Shown here in pieces: positions 39,595 to 52,911 of a stretch of 64,000 nucleotides of DNA (the stretch's first letter is position 1; each line of letters starts with the position of its first letter). The stretch comes from Octopus sinensis (lineage: Eukaryota), in assembly GCF_006345805.1 (NCBI RefSeq), contig NC_043001.1:45384001-45448000 (forward strand), in the 5' to 3' direction. A program made the translations under genes and the position numbers. The notes under the pieces are model-generated. The model had not been told where the DNA came from, ran no database searches, and worked only from the letters and a program-made list of their open reading frames with translations.

Positions 39595-41261
39595 CTGTAA
39601 AAAAGTGCAGTGGTCCAAGCAAGAAAAAAAGTGCAGTGGTCCAAGAAATCATTATTATTCTGAAAAAGATTTAGGATCAGATGCAAAAATATAACCTTAA
39701 TAGACCTCCATGTCCGGAAGATTCATAAAACTCAGTTTTTTTAATTATGTATTGCTAGAGATTCAAATCATGAAATAGTCAATAACACATATGGCCATGT
39801 TACTAATAAAACAGCACAGCACCTGCCTTTCCATCTTAAATGAGGTAGTATAGTTTGAGTTATCAGTAGGCATGATGTTTTATGCTGTTTTTTTCTCTGT
39901 CTCAAACTGTTGCCTACAATGTTCAATAACATTTGCAGTTTTTCGAGTCCATTATATAAGAGAAAACTTTTGTTGTTTTCAGATCAGTGAAACATATTTA
40001 GAATAAAATAACACATTTGTTTCATTTTAAATAAGAACACAGGCACTAATTGTTTATAATTGGGTGCTGAAAGTTATTACTTGAAATCCTTCCAAGAATC
40101 TAAGGATATCTTGAATTAAATCCACTTTGAATAGTCATTATCTAAATTCCTCATCAAATTCAATGATAAACAGCAAGATACAAGCACGAAACATCCCCAC
40201 AGATAACTAGGGTGCTGACAATTTCTCTCAGATTAAGTAGCTGGTATAGTGTGTGTGCAAGGGTGTGTATTCCATAACAGATATTACAGATTGTCAACAG
40301 ATTATAAAATGTATTTCAATGGCACCATAACTCAGTACAGTAATAAGATGTTTAGAGAAACATTAGATTAGAGATATTAAGAGAACTAAAAATGTAGAGC
40401 ACACCATTTTAAAATAAATCCACACCATTGCATCCTGCACCATTACACCTATTGATCATTTCCTCTTCTCTTCTCTCTCTCTCTCTCTCTCTCTCCCAGT
40501 TTTTAAATTTATTTTTCATATCAGGTGTGGGTAGCCATGCAGGTCTCTCTGCAGGAATCTGCTCTGCCCCACCACCTTAGTAATCCCCTTGTCTCCTACC
40601 ACCTATCCCAGGGCTCATAGTTCTGTTGCAAACTACATAGTGTAGGTGGCATGAAAAAAAAGCACCCAGTCCATGCTGTAGTGGTTGGCATGAGGAAGGG
40701 CATCTAGTCATAAAAACCATGTCAAAGCAGACATGCAGTCCTTGAACGCATCGGTTCCTGTCAAACTGTCCAACCCAAGCCAACATGGACATATGATGAT
40801 GATGATGATGATAATAATGGCAGAAATCAGTGAAATTGAATTAGCTGGTAACCAAAAGACTAATATAGATGTGATACTAAACACTTCTATAATCTGTTCC
40901 ATAATTTTTAGCACTATTTATAAACATATTTATTTATCTCACACAAATTTCTGTCATGAATGGAGTCATTTGCTTTTAACCTTTCTATATAAGATGTATC
41001 CAATAATGAATAGCCATACTTCCTGACTGTGACACAACATAAAATTGACTGTACTATCAAAATACAACACAAAGTGATTTTAAACCCATAACTCATATAC
41101 TAGAAGCTTAATATTATATCAACTAAACCATTTTGCTTATATAAACATAATATACTGCTATTTAAACTCATAAAATTTATTTTATAAATCACTGCGCAAG
41201 TTTATGTCAGTTTCTGTACACAATGTAAAAATATCAAAGGGCTTAATGTTTATCATATAAC

Positions 41262-41630
41262 TGCGCGAAAAGAAGCTTACTTCCCAACTACATGGTTATG
41301 GGTTCAGTCTCATTGCATGGCACCTTGGGCAAGTATCTGTTACTATAACCTCAGGCCAACCAAAGCCTTGAGTGGATTTGGTCGATAGAAATTGAAAGAA
41401 GCCTGTTGTGTGTATGTGCCTGTTTGTGTGTGTGTGCATGTATACATATATATTTATATGTTTGGGTCTATGTTTATCCCCCGCCTCACCTGACAACTGA
41501 TGTTGGTGTGTTTACATCTCCATAACTTAGTGGTTCAACAAAAGTGGCCAATAGAATAAGTACTGGGGGGGGGTCATTTCTTAAGGCAATGGCCACAGTT
41601 AAATGACTGATGCAAGTAAAAAGAATAGAC
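41262..41630 (+). mobile_element. tRNA-derived SINE family 'A' with internal microsatellite
   Basis: Collinear with the reverse complement of 58853-59262. Confidence 0.82.
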
Positions 41631-42339
41631 CTAAAACCTATCTCTAAATCTAAAAGATAATATAAAAGTATTATAATTACAAGAACAAATATAACAGTCA
41701 CTGCTATACTTTTCACTGAATATGCAGTTTTGATTAGCATAGAAAAGAGTTCCAGAGGGATGTTGTTCGAGTAAGAAAGAATTTGGAAAATTATCATAGA
41801 GTTCTGAGGTTGAAACAGTTGAGTTGACAAGAAGAGATGTAGATGGATTGGGCGAGATCGACAAAGGGGTGTTTAGAGAAGCAGTAGAAACTTCCTAGTT
41901 TAGAGAAGCAGTAGAAAAAATAGATGGGAAAAATAATGCATTTATGAACTACTGGCTGCAATATATAACTGGTAAGTAAATTTTCACCAATTAGCCAGAT
42001 AGACTTTCGATGGATGTGATCTAAAATGTTTGTGTACTTTAATGTGGATTAAACCAGGGTTTTGTAGTGAGTGGATCAATAATTGATCAGAGCTGAAGTA
42101 ATTTTGAATCTTGATATGAAAGCCTAGATTTGGGGATGCAGTTTTGACATACGTAACAATTTCATGAGAGATCATCAAAGATTGATAGATATAGCAGTGA
42201 TAACAGAAATGAGGGTTTTATGTGTTGCTCATGTAAGCAGATAATGTGATACAAAACTTTCTGTTATATATACAGTGATTGTATCTTGGTATTGTTATGT
42301 CCTTGTTTTGAAGAAGCAGTGCAAATCCAGTGTCTACAT

Positions 42340-42578
42340 CAGTGGTTCTTAACTGGGGTCCATATAAGATTTTGTTGTTAAAATTTATATGCAATAAATT
42401 GATTATATTTCTACAACACAGAAAATATTTTGATAATTTTTTTTTACACAATTCCTTATGATATTTAAGTATAAAAATATAATAGGCTTTTTATAAGCAT
42501 CACATGGCCATGAAGGTTCACCCAAGTAAAATAAGAATCAAAGGGATCCAAAGATAAAAATATGGATCAGACCCACTG
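42340..42578. mobile_element. hAT-type MITE
   Basis: CAGTGGTTCTTAAC ... GATCAGACCCACTG. The 8-bp flanks gtctacat and atctaaat match at 6 of 8 positions. Confidence 0.55.
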
Positions 42579-45500
42579 ATCTAAATCAACTACCTTGTAG
42601 CAAGCCTTCCTTAGCCTATTTCAGTCCTGTACCCCCTTACATCAATTCACAGGTATATCACCCAATATGTAATCAATTTTCCATTACTTGCAAGAAACGA
42701 GTGTAATGAACCTCCTAAGGTTCAAGAGATTGTTAAGGCCCAGTGTTTAACCCCAGTTTTATGGCATTAAGCAAATGAGAGATAGATATCACTAGATAGG
42801 ATATGAGTAACATTCCAACTGATAAGATATATAATCCTGATATATGGATGGTGAACTGAGGCAATGTAAAAACATGTAAAGAAGAATACATTGTGAGAGA
42901 AACAAGATATACAAAAATATACAAAATGATAGGATGTTCACTGAAATATTTTTCATAATAGATCCATTCAATTAGGGCTGATCTAGGGATAATCAATAAC
43001 CTAGATGGTAACATGGGGTAACATGGAATAGAGGGTTTTGACAGAAATAAAGCAGTGTACAATAAAAGGTTCTGCCAGAAATTCAACAAACTAAGCTTTT
43101 AAAACAATTTGGTATGAGAAAAAAATGTGATTCTCTACAATTTAGGGCAGGGATTCTCAATCCATTTTGAAACTGAAATTTTTTTCATTGCCCAGTGTAG
43201 AAAATAATCAACAATATACCAACATATTAACGCTTACAAAAGAGTAGTGTTACTGTTCTGAACATCACTTCTTTTTCTATGTCTATATGACTACATTATC
43301 CATGTTTCCTTTCTTTTTCAAAATAGTAAAATGTGATGAAGGAGATATTGCTATTTCTAGCATGTTGAGCAACCATGTAGAGATTTCCTCATTAACTCAA
43401 CAACCACTTTAGTCTCATATTCTGGTGTATAAATTATAGCATTAATAATCTAATTTGCCAACAGTGAATATAAATACACATTCACAATGAAACTTTAGAA
43501 ATTCTCACTTTCCTCACCACACTAGAAAACAAGTATTTGTATTCATCATTTTTTTCTCTTCTCCAGACTATCTACCTGCTTATTGTTTATTTACTATTAT
43601 TGTACTGTGTAGCTTTTAGAATGAGTTAAGAGAATACATTCATCTACTTAAATAAAGTAGTTGTTTCTGGTTTTTGCTTTTCACGCACTACAACAAAATT
43701 ACTATATCTTACCTATGTACTCATATTGTGGTAACAAAGAATAGGGTTTACTATATATTATTACTCAACAAAAGTATTTGAGGTAGTTTTTATAAGATGT
43801 TTTTATAGTTTTTATAACCCTTCTTTCACACACTAACTTCCAGTATAAATTTCTATCTTCTTACTATCTGTCTCTATTCTGGGTTGGAACAATGAGGGAT
43901 ATCCAGCCATAAAATCATCACTGCTATATACATGTCTGGTATGTAAAATATTGCCACATAATTTCCAGTCACTATAGGCAGTAATATGATGAGGAGTGAC
44001 TCATCTAACTCATACAAAATACAATAAAAAAAGGTTGAAGAAGATGATGATGATGATGGCAAACTGTTATTTAGAAAATTTACAAGAGAAAAAACTATTC
44101 TTAAATATGTAGCGTTTTGCTTTTTCTTTACTTTTCCCTTTTTGACGTCTTATCCTTAAATATATACCAGGTAATTTTGCTAAGATCAGAGATAAAAGCA
44201 AGAACAAACTTTTTTGTAAAGCTTCTGTTCCAGTTAAACATTTAAGTATTTAGTTAGAGATTACAAGAGATTGCCAAAATAAATAAGAACAAGTAACACA
44301 TGGGAGAGTATGGGACAACAAAATCCATTTAAGTGCTAGTGTAGCACTAAGCTGATATTTCTTAACAAAGCCATTGAACAAACTGAGCAGGTGGAGCACC
44401 TACAATTTGCTCTCCCTAACTACATCTCCATATACTATCACAGATAAGTGCACTAAACTAATAAGAATTTAACTTATTTTCCAGAGATTTGTGCAGCACC
44501 ATTAATGGAATACAAACTATAACTTTTTAGCTCCTATGTCAGTACCCAACTAACTAAACTATCTCTATCCCTTTAAAGACCATGTTTCTAGTAAGAGTAG
44601 ACCAACATGCTTTATTTAGTTTTCAAAATTATCAAGATTTCAGGGAAATTTAGTAAACTAGTTCAGTTATTAGCATAATTTATTTCAATATTATTGCTTG
44701 TAAGTTTACTAGCATAATATAGAATCAACTTTGTCCAAAAGAAGGAGCGCTAGTGAGTTGACAGAGAGGTTGAACATTAAAACATCTGTCTATGTATGTG
44801 AGTTAACTACACTATAATATGAATGGAGAATGAGAGCTAACTGAAAGAATGTCAAAAACTGGTGGTAAATATTACCAGTGACTGAAGAAAACTTAAGAAA
44901 AAATGGATAAGAGAAGTGAGGTTAAAGCCAAGAATTTTCAGGGTAAGATCAAAATAGTGGCAATGAATTATACAATGGAACTAGCTAACCCTTCCACAAC
45001 AGCTGGAGGGAAAATAGGCTCTAATATATATACACGCACACGCACACGCACACACACACACACACATGTAATGATGATGACGATGTCCATATGCCAGAAA
45101 TAGGAATGATTTCAGGGAGATATGGCTGCTATTTTTAGTAGATCCTGCTACTTTCAAAGGACTCCTTGGGTCTCCATTTTATGATATTATATAATGTTGA
45201 GTTGAAATTAGGGTTAAAAGTGGACCCTAATTCCAACAACATCTTGTGGGTAGACCTTTACACTTAATGACCTCAAAATACCCTGTTGTTGTTTAGCCCC
45301 AGGCCAGCCTTAACAAGGCAAAACGACGATCAAAACGTTTTAACTGTTACAAGTATTTTTGATACTCAATTATACACCATGTTGTCGCCTTGTATAACTT
45401 CATATACACACCATTCTATTACATCATGGCATCAATAATAATAATCATTTGTATGTCAGAAATTTAGAGGTAGTTAATAGATTAAATTGACACCAGTATT

Positions 45501-45916
45501 TGATTGGTGCTTTATTTTATCTAACCTAGAAGGATAAAAGGCAAAGTTAACCTTGGTGGGACTTGAACTCAAATGTAAAGAGCTGTAACTAAGTGCTGCA
45601 AGGCATTTTGTCCAATGCTCTAATGATTCTTCCAATCCCTCACTCTATTAATAATTATAATGAAGTAAGAGTAGGTTTGAGTTGGCTGGAAATAAGCCAG
45701 TAAGTTCAGAGGAACAAAGGCCACTATTATAGTAAAGATTAATGATCAGTAAGTGTAGACAATATGATGAGAATCAAAATGACTAGAGGATAGTGATGAA
45801 TAGACTATCTTTGTATAAATCATTCAATTACCTCAGTGAAATATATTCAGAGAGTTCTGAAATAAATTTATAGCATGTATCTATCACAACATATTCATTT
45901 TTTTTTTTGTCTGCAG

Positions 45917-45999
45917 GTAGGGGATTGTACAGATATTTATATGATTTTTGTAAGATTGAAGTTACACAGCTTACCTACCGCCAAACTGGCAAAAGTAAA
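45917..45999 (+). CDS. Candidate plus-strand exon (G)RGLYRYLYDFCKIEVTQLTYRQTGKSK, phase 1 to 0
   Basis: ttcattttttttttttgtctgcag|GTAGGGG...AAGTAAA|gtaagt. Near-consensus splice sites and an open frame over 83 nt. Homology not recognised. Confidence 0.3.
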
Positions 46000-46367
46000 G
46001 TAAGTTACCATAGATGAAGTAAAATGCCTTAACCTATAAGTCAGGAGTTAAATATCTTAAGCACAAAAGTATAATTATAGTGTTAAATGAAGGTAAGTTT
46101 AATGTTGTGACATACTGTTATGCTGCTTTTGAAACCAGATTCATTGGAATTAGAATTCTAATTCTTTCTCTTTTATTTGTTTCAGTCATTTGACTGCAGC
46201 CATGCTGGAGTACCGCCTTTAGTCGAACAAATCGACCCCAGGACTTATACTTTGTAAGCCTAGTACTTATTCTATCAGTCTCTTATGCCAAACTGCTAAG
46301 TAACGGGGACATAAACACACCAACATTCGTTGCCAAGCAATGGTGCAGGGACAAACACAGACACACA

Positions 46368-46419
<52 letters not shown>

Positions 46420-46422
46420 ATA

Positions 46423-46822
46423 TCTTTATATATGAAAGTGAGGTTGTGTGCTGTTTGTCTCCTACGATTTAGATTCCTAACTACTCCCACATTTTGCGGT
46501 GCAGTTTAACTAAAACCGGGTATCTTATAGTCGTGATTCATATTGAGCCTTTCTGGGTATTAGCGCATGTCTACGATGAGTCTACAATTTTTAAAATAAT
46601 TTACCATCAATTTTTCTCATTTTTAATGCATTTTTGGCAAATATAAGGGAAGTAACTCTCTAAAAATTTATTATTAAATCTCAGAACGTAAAAAGCTACA
46701 GTAACCCCCCCCCCTTCTTTGTGGTTAACCATATTGAGATGGCTATTATACTTTACATCTCTAAAAATGCTTATATAGTTATTTCCCTTACAAACCCGAG
46801 CAACGCCGGGCGATACTGCTAG
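46423..46822 (+). mobile_element. Non-autonomous Helitron (400 bp)
   Basis: Has a 5' TC (A|TCTTTATATATGAAAG), a 3' GC-rich hairpin CCCGAGCAACGCCGGG followed by CGATACTG-CTAG|T, an A/T insertion site and no TSD. Confidence 0.85.
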
Positions 46823-46824
46823 TG

Positions 46825-46857
<33 letters not shown>

Positions 46858-46886
46858 TATATATATATACATACATATATATATAT

Positions 46887-46919
<33 letters not shown>

Positions 46920-48160
46920 CAGGGTGTGTAAGATATTTGACGACAGATTTATATTTATAAAAAAAAACATATATAATAACAGATAATAACTTTATTTATC
47001 AAAAAATGCTATGACGATAAAAATAAACCTTCTTTTCTATAATGTTATTCAATAAAGCCACGTTCAGCTTCCACAACTGCTTCTATGAGATCTAAATCAT
47101 CTGCATGCTCGAATCAAGTGGTCCTGATATATTTTGGACATTATTCTGACTATGGCAGCTTTCAAAGAATCTTTGGTGTTTTGGGCATGTTCATTGACCT
47201 CTCTCCCAACAATGCTCCACATATAATAGTCCAATGGATTGAGATCTGGGGAATTAGGAGGCCAACTGTTAGGGGGTATGTGATCATGAAAATTTTTAGC
47301 CATCCATTCCGTGTTACTAGAGCCATGTGTGATAGCATAGAGCATTACTGAAACACATATGGCCTTCCGCTGCATACAATGTCTATCCAGGACTTAACAA
47401 CTGTTTCCAGGACCTCAATGTAAGCAGCAGAGTTAACTCTAAGGCCTTGTGGAAAGAAGCAAGGAGACATCACATGTCCTTCATTGCTGACAACCCCTAA
47501 AACCATGATAGATGCAGGAAATTTTGTAGGCATAACACTTGGAACTTCAGACGGGTCTGCACATAACCATCTGTCATTTCTTTTCTTAACTTTTTGATCT
47601 TGGTCGAAGTTTTTCTTGTTTGAGAAAAACCATATCAAATCTTCTGCTGGATTTTTCAGTTTGTTTAAGAAACTTTTAGATCTGATGTAGTGATTTTCTT
47701 TTACTTTTTCTGACAAACTGGCCTTTCCTCATCATATAAGACATATCTGATGTCTTCGTGGACAACATTTCTGACTGTTCTTTCTGACACATGGAGATCT
47801 TTTGCAATTGACCTCATGGAATTTCTGGGATTATAATCAATGATCTGTTGAACTGACTGGATAAATTCAGATGTTCTGATGATTTTAGACCATTTAGAAT
47901 GCTTTTTTTGCTTTGATACTGGTGATATGTTTCCATTTTACAAATTCTGTAGAAGAAAGACCTGGCAACTTTTAAAAATTGAGATATTTCTAAATTGCTA
48001 TACACAGCCTTTATAACCTCAATAACAGCATGCCTCTTCATTTCATGAGTAAGCTGAGGGTCTGTTATTATTATTTTCTGTAACAAATATTATACAGAGT
48101 TAGCAAAAAATGCAGTAATGACCCCAAAAAGGTATGTCCTCAAATACTTTACGCACCCTG
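46920..48160 (-). mobile_element. DD37D (maT-type) Tc1/mariner transposon
   Basis: TIRs are CAGGGTGTGTAAGATATTTGACGACA and the reverse complement CAGGGTGCGTAAAGTATTTGAGGACA (26 bp). TA flanks the right end; the left flank lies in (CA)n. Confidence 0.9.
47047..48041 (-). pseudogene. DD37D transposase pseudogene
   Basis: Fragments include FFSNKKNFDQDQK, KFPASIMVLGVVSNEG, GRPYVFQ and WPPNSPDLNPLDYY. The WPPNSPDLNPLD motif and a reconstructed 37-residue D-D spacing fit DD37D. Several frameshifts and stops. Confidence 0.85.
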
Positions 48161-48394
48161 TATGTATACGACAGACTTCTTTTAGTTTCTGTCTACCAAA
48201 TCCACTCACAAGGCTTTGGTCAGCCCGAAGACACTTGCCCAAGGTGCCACATGGTGGGACTGAACTCGGAACCATGTGGTTGGTAAGCAAACTAATTACC
48301 CCATTTGAAAAACTAGGTTGATTTAAATTTTGAATCTCATCAGTATGACTCATCTGACAATAAGTGTTTCAAATAGATTTGGCAATATGCCATG

Positions 48395-48730
48395 CTTGAG
48401 AAGACCCATCAAGCCACATGAAATCATAGTCATGGCTAATACCAGTGTTGTGTAACTGGTACCCATGCCAGTGGCATGTAAAAAACACCTTTCGAATTTT
48501 GGATGTCATGGAGGCAGTGACAAGAGACCAAGACCTTTAGCAATATACCATGCTTGAGAAAACCTGTCAAACCAAGTGAGATCATAGTCTTGGAATGGTT
48601 GGTGTTAGGAAGGGCATCCAGCTGTAGAAACCATAGCAAATCAGACTGGAATCTGGTGCAGCTAACCAGTTTTCAGTGAAACTATCCAACCTGTGCCAGC
48701 ATGGAAAACAGACATTAAATGATGATGATG
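48395..48730 (+). mobile_element. RTE-tail repeat ending in (GAT)n
   Basis: GGTTGGTGTTAGGAAGGGCATCCAGCTGTAGAAAC...GACATTAAATGATGATGAT. Confidence 0.75.
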
Positions 48731-48853
48731 TTTGTTCAGTCCAGCCTATAAAAACATCGGTATATAATTTGTCAATAAGAAACTTGAACAAATTATTCAG
48801 TTAATTAAGATTGTTTAAATCCTATACTCACTTATATATTCTTCACTGCTATG

Positions 48854-49057
48854 CAGAGTTTCTCAACCACTTTTTTGTCTGCAAACCCCTCTGATCCCTA
48901 TTTTATTCAGATGACCCTCCTAGTCATTCAATGTATAAAAAAAATCTTGCTATATTTGCATAATTAAATATTATGAGAAATTATATTTAAAAAGATTGTT
49001 AAAATATTTTGTATAATGTAGATGTATAACTATGTGGACCCCAGTTGAGAACCACTC
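48854..49057. mobile_element. hAT-type MITE, degenerate
   Basis: CAGAGTTTCTCAAC ... GTTGAGAACCACTC. Interior resembles 39359-39594. No clear TSD. Confidence 0.45.
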
Positions 49058-51719
49058 ATCTGGACAGTGAAAAACAGACTTATAAGAAAGTCCTATGTCA
49101 TAGACTAACAAACTATCCAGTGGTAGGGAAGTGATTTGTTGTTTATCTACTTAATGCTACTGAAATAAACACCAGACTTCCATTATGTTCTTGTTATATA
49201 TTAAATGACAAGTTATCACAGCATAATGTTTGTAGAAATTAAGACAAGAAAGACCATAAATGGTTATCAGAAAATGACAAATTAATCATAGCTTATGAAT
49301 TTCATTTGAAAATATCAACATGCACAAACAAGAAAACTCAAGAGGAACAACAAAGAAAAAAAAAATAGCCACAGAGCGAACATCAGATTGACACAGCACC
49401 ACCTAACATTACATAAACATACTGAAGATCACAGAGGTAAGTCTTCTATGGAATAACACTGGAGGATAAGGTATATTGAATTACCTGTAGCAAAATAACT
49501 TACAGGTACAATTTTATTTATGTCTTCTATTTCTAATTCCAGTGTCTTGATTTCTATGATAACAAAATCTGTGTGTATGTTTGTGTGTGTGTGTGTGGTA
49601 TGTACCATCACCAATTGGGGTCATAAGAGCATTCATTTAAGATTATTTTTATGCATACGTGCCTCATGCTATATAAAATAGGTCAGTTTGATGAAGCCCA
49701 TAACCTCTCCAAAGTGCACTGTGACAAGATTTGAACCCAGTACATGCAAGCAAACATAACATTTGTCAGTGTTGCTGCTGCTGTTTACAGTAGTGAACTG
49801 TGCCACTTATGCTACCTATTTACAACTAGAATAGACTGAAAGCTAAAAGAGTTAAGTATCTTCAAGGACATGCTCACAAAACAATGTATAACAATACATA
49901 GTATAGAATAAATGGAAAGATGTAAAACCATCTTTCAGTTAGTTAACAACAGTTTCGTGGGTAGATAGGAAGAAGTTAGTTGAATGATGTGACACTAGAA
50001 TATTATTAGTATATATTTTAATAATCCATGGAGGAATGAATGCAAAGTTTACCCTGAGAAGATTTGAGCACACAAATGCAAGACAACAAACTATGTAACA
50101 TTAAATACCTGATCTATAATTCAACCATTTGCTCATACAAGAGAGCTTTTACACAATAACATTGAAGCTTGCTTGTCTAGCCTGCTAGAAATAGTAACCA
50201 AATCTCTTTCACTATACCCTGATAGCTTAAAAAAGAGGGATGCATTGGATAAACTAGCCAAAATAGACTAATTGAAATAAAGACGATATGATCAAGTCAT
50301 AGCTGGATTACATTTAATCATAGGCCCACTAATTCAGAGTACATAATAGGAGTAACACTGCACATAATAGGAATAATACTGATGATGATTTCTGATATAA
50401 AGGCATGAAACTTAAAGTTGATGATATTGAAAGTTGTGGAGTTCATGCCTTTATTAGTGTCATTAGCAGAATAAGTCAAAAGAAACACATCCAACTGAGA
50501 TTTGAAACTGGTTATAGACCAAGTTCACTAGTTACTTATCTGCGCCGTGCTCATCAATGATGAAACCCCAGAGGGGATGAAAAGGAAAGTCAAATTCTAA
50601 ATTGCATTCAGTAAAGCAGCCAAGTGTATGTTCTATTATCTGTTATAATAATGGGTTTTTTTTTTCGTCAGCACACAACTTATAGGAATGAGGTACAATC
50701 AATTGGATCCAATTCAATATATGACAAATACATACTGCATAATCTATTGGGGTATAAATGACAAAGTTAAACTTTGTGGAATTTGAACTTAGAACATAAA
50801 AGAACATTACTAAACACTAAGAACATTTTCTTTAGCACTCTCTATCACTCCACCATTCAACCTTGCTTACACATTTGAGCAAAACTTATAAATTCATAGA
50901 GGTAAGTATAGTCAATTAAATTAACACAAACCTGACAGCTGCATATTTTATTAACTCTAAAAGGCCTCTGGGTAGTCACTTGACTTTCCAGAAATAGCAA
51001 CCAAATCTCCAAATTACACATTACAACCTAAAAACGAAAGGACACTGACTAATGTAGTCTTACACATATTAATGCCTGAGAGAAGGGAACGTGGTTTCAG
51101 CTGTTCTAGAGGAAAGAAGGAGCAAATTCAACTGGTGTAATTTGACTTCAGAACATAGGGAGATGAACTATTATGTAGGTTATAGCATTCAGTTCAGCAC
51201 ACTACTGTCACTGCTATTCCACCAGTTTAATATTGATTTCTAAATTTAAAACAAGGCCAAAAATTTGTAACAAATGGTATAGACAATTAATTTGAAATCA
51301 ATATATTACCGGTACTCATATTAACAAACTCAAAAGATGAAAAATTACGTCAAGTCTAGTGGGATTTTGACCTCACTTTTTATACAAACATATGATATTA
51401 AATACAAAGTCTGGCACACTATTGCGTCTGCCACATTATAATGATAATGATGACGATGCTTTCATATAATAATAAATAATTTTATAGGCAGAAAGCCACA
51501 AATTATAGTCATAGGGGAGCAGGATAGTTGATTAAATCACTTCCCATAATTGGCCAGTACTTTATTTTATCAACTTCAGGAGGATGCAATGTGAAGTTTA
51601 TGAGAGACAGATTTGAAGTCAGAATGCAAAGAACCAGGCAAAACACTCTCCCAAACGTCCACTCTCTTTATTATTGTTATTATTATTATTATCATCATCA
51701 CTTAATGGCAAAAAAAAAA

Positions 51720-51839
51720 AGTTGACTTTGCCTTTCATCCTTTCAGGGTCGATAAATTAAGTACCAGTGAAACACTGGGTTTGATGTAATCGACTAGTCT
51801 CTTCCCACCAAATTTCAGACCTTGTGCCTTTAGTAGAAA

Positions 51840-51840
<1 letters not shown>
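51720..51840 (+). mobile_element. SINE family 'B' 3' part with (ATT)n tail; further copies near 45440-45640, 52900-53330 and 57400-57600 on the minus strand
   Basis: GTTGACTTTGCCTTTCATCCTTTCAGGGTCGATAAATTAAGTACCAGTGAAACAC matches 7580-7700. Confidence 0.75.
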
Positions 51841-51875
<35 letters not shown>

Positions 51876-52571
51876 AACAGAGTTAAATACGAAAGTAAAG
51901 TAATGGACATCAGTTCTAGCCATCCCTGTAATATGTCAATTTCAATATTCTCAATTAAATACTAATCAAACTAGCTACACTAGACAGGAAAACAAGGAAG
52001 GTAATGACTAAATATAGAATACACCATTCAGAATCTGACATCAAAAGACTATATTTATGCAAGACAGTAGGGGGTCTTGCACAACTATATAACTACTACA
52101 AAGTACTAACTGTAGGACTTACAAAAATATCTAGAACAAAATCATGGAAAATTAATACAAACAGCTATGACACGTGAACAAAACAAAATACTATTTTGTA
52201 TCTTCAAGTAAATCTTCAGAAGCTGCAAGTTACCGATAGCTATGAGGAAAATGGAAAAGCAACAACAAATTATGAAACAGCTAAAATCTGGACTAACAGA
52301 ACCATGAAATTGCAAAACAGCTAAAATTTTGACTATAATTGGGATTAACAGACTACCATGATAATATAAGGACTGGTAACAGTTATGAACAAGCAAAACT
52401 TGATGACATTGTTTTATCTAGAAAGGAATACAAAACATTTCAGTTGAAATTTTGGATTTCTGTGTACTTTTCACTTTGAACCCAAAGGCAGACATGCTGT
52501 CAAATTAGTGTTTAGTTCAATATAAAGTCAATCTGTATTTTATTACATATTGTAACACAAACTTATTATTA

Positions 52572-52605
<34 letters not shown>

Positions 52606-52606
<1 letters not shown>

Positions 52607-52850
52607 GTGGAGGCGCGTGGCTTAGTGGTTAGGGTGTCATCATCATGATCGTAAGATTCCTGGACCGGGCTATGCGTTGTATTCTTGAGCAAAACACTTT
52701 ATTTCATGTTGCTCCAGTTCACTCAGCTGACAAAAATGAGTAACACTGCGATGGACTGGCGTCCCGTCAAGCTGTGGAACACATACGCCATAGAAAACGG
52801 GAAACCGGGCCCATGAGCCTGGGTAGCCTTTAAAAGGGCATATTTATTTA
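52606..52850 (+). mobile_element. tRNA-derived SINE, CpG-rich, with an (ATTT)n tail
   Basis: The head GGAGGCGCGTGGCTTAGTGGTTAGGG carries an A box and the B-box region is shortened. A SINE body follows, including GCGATGGACTGGCGTCCCGTC. Confidence 0.8.
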
Positions 52851-52873
52851 TTTATTATTATTATTATTACTAT

Positions 52874-52911
<38 letters not shown>

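Larger units (their letters stand above)
46170..48300 (-). mobile_element. SINE family 'A' split into its 3' half (46170-46375) and 5' half (48161-48300) by insertions in its central microsatellite
   Basis: Joining the halves reproduces the uninterrupted copy at 58853-59262 (...ACACACAAAC[TA/CA]n...TATACGACAG(A/G)CTTCTTT...). Confidence 0.88.

Noticed and set aside
42733-43089. 118-aa hydrophobic minus-strand ORF
   Set aside because: It reflects AT-rich codon bias, with no motif or supporting splice structure.
52606-52680. tRNA-like sequence
   Set aside because: There is no complete cloverleaf, the B-box/T arm is shortened, and it runs straight into a SINE body.
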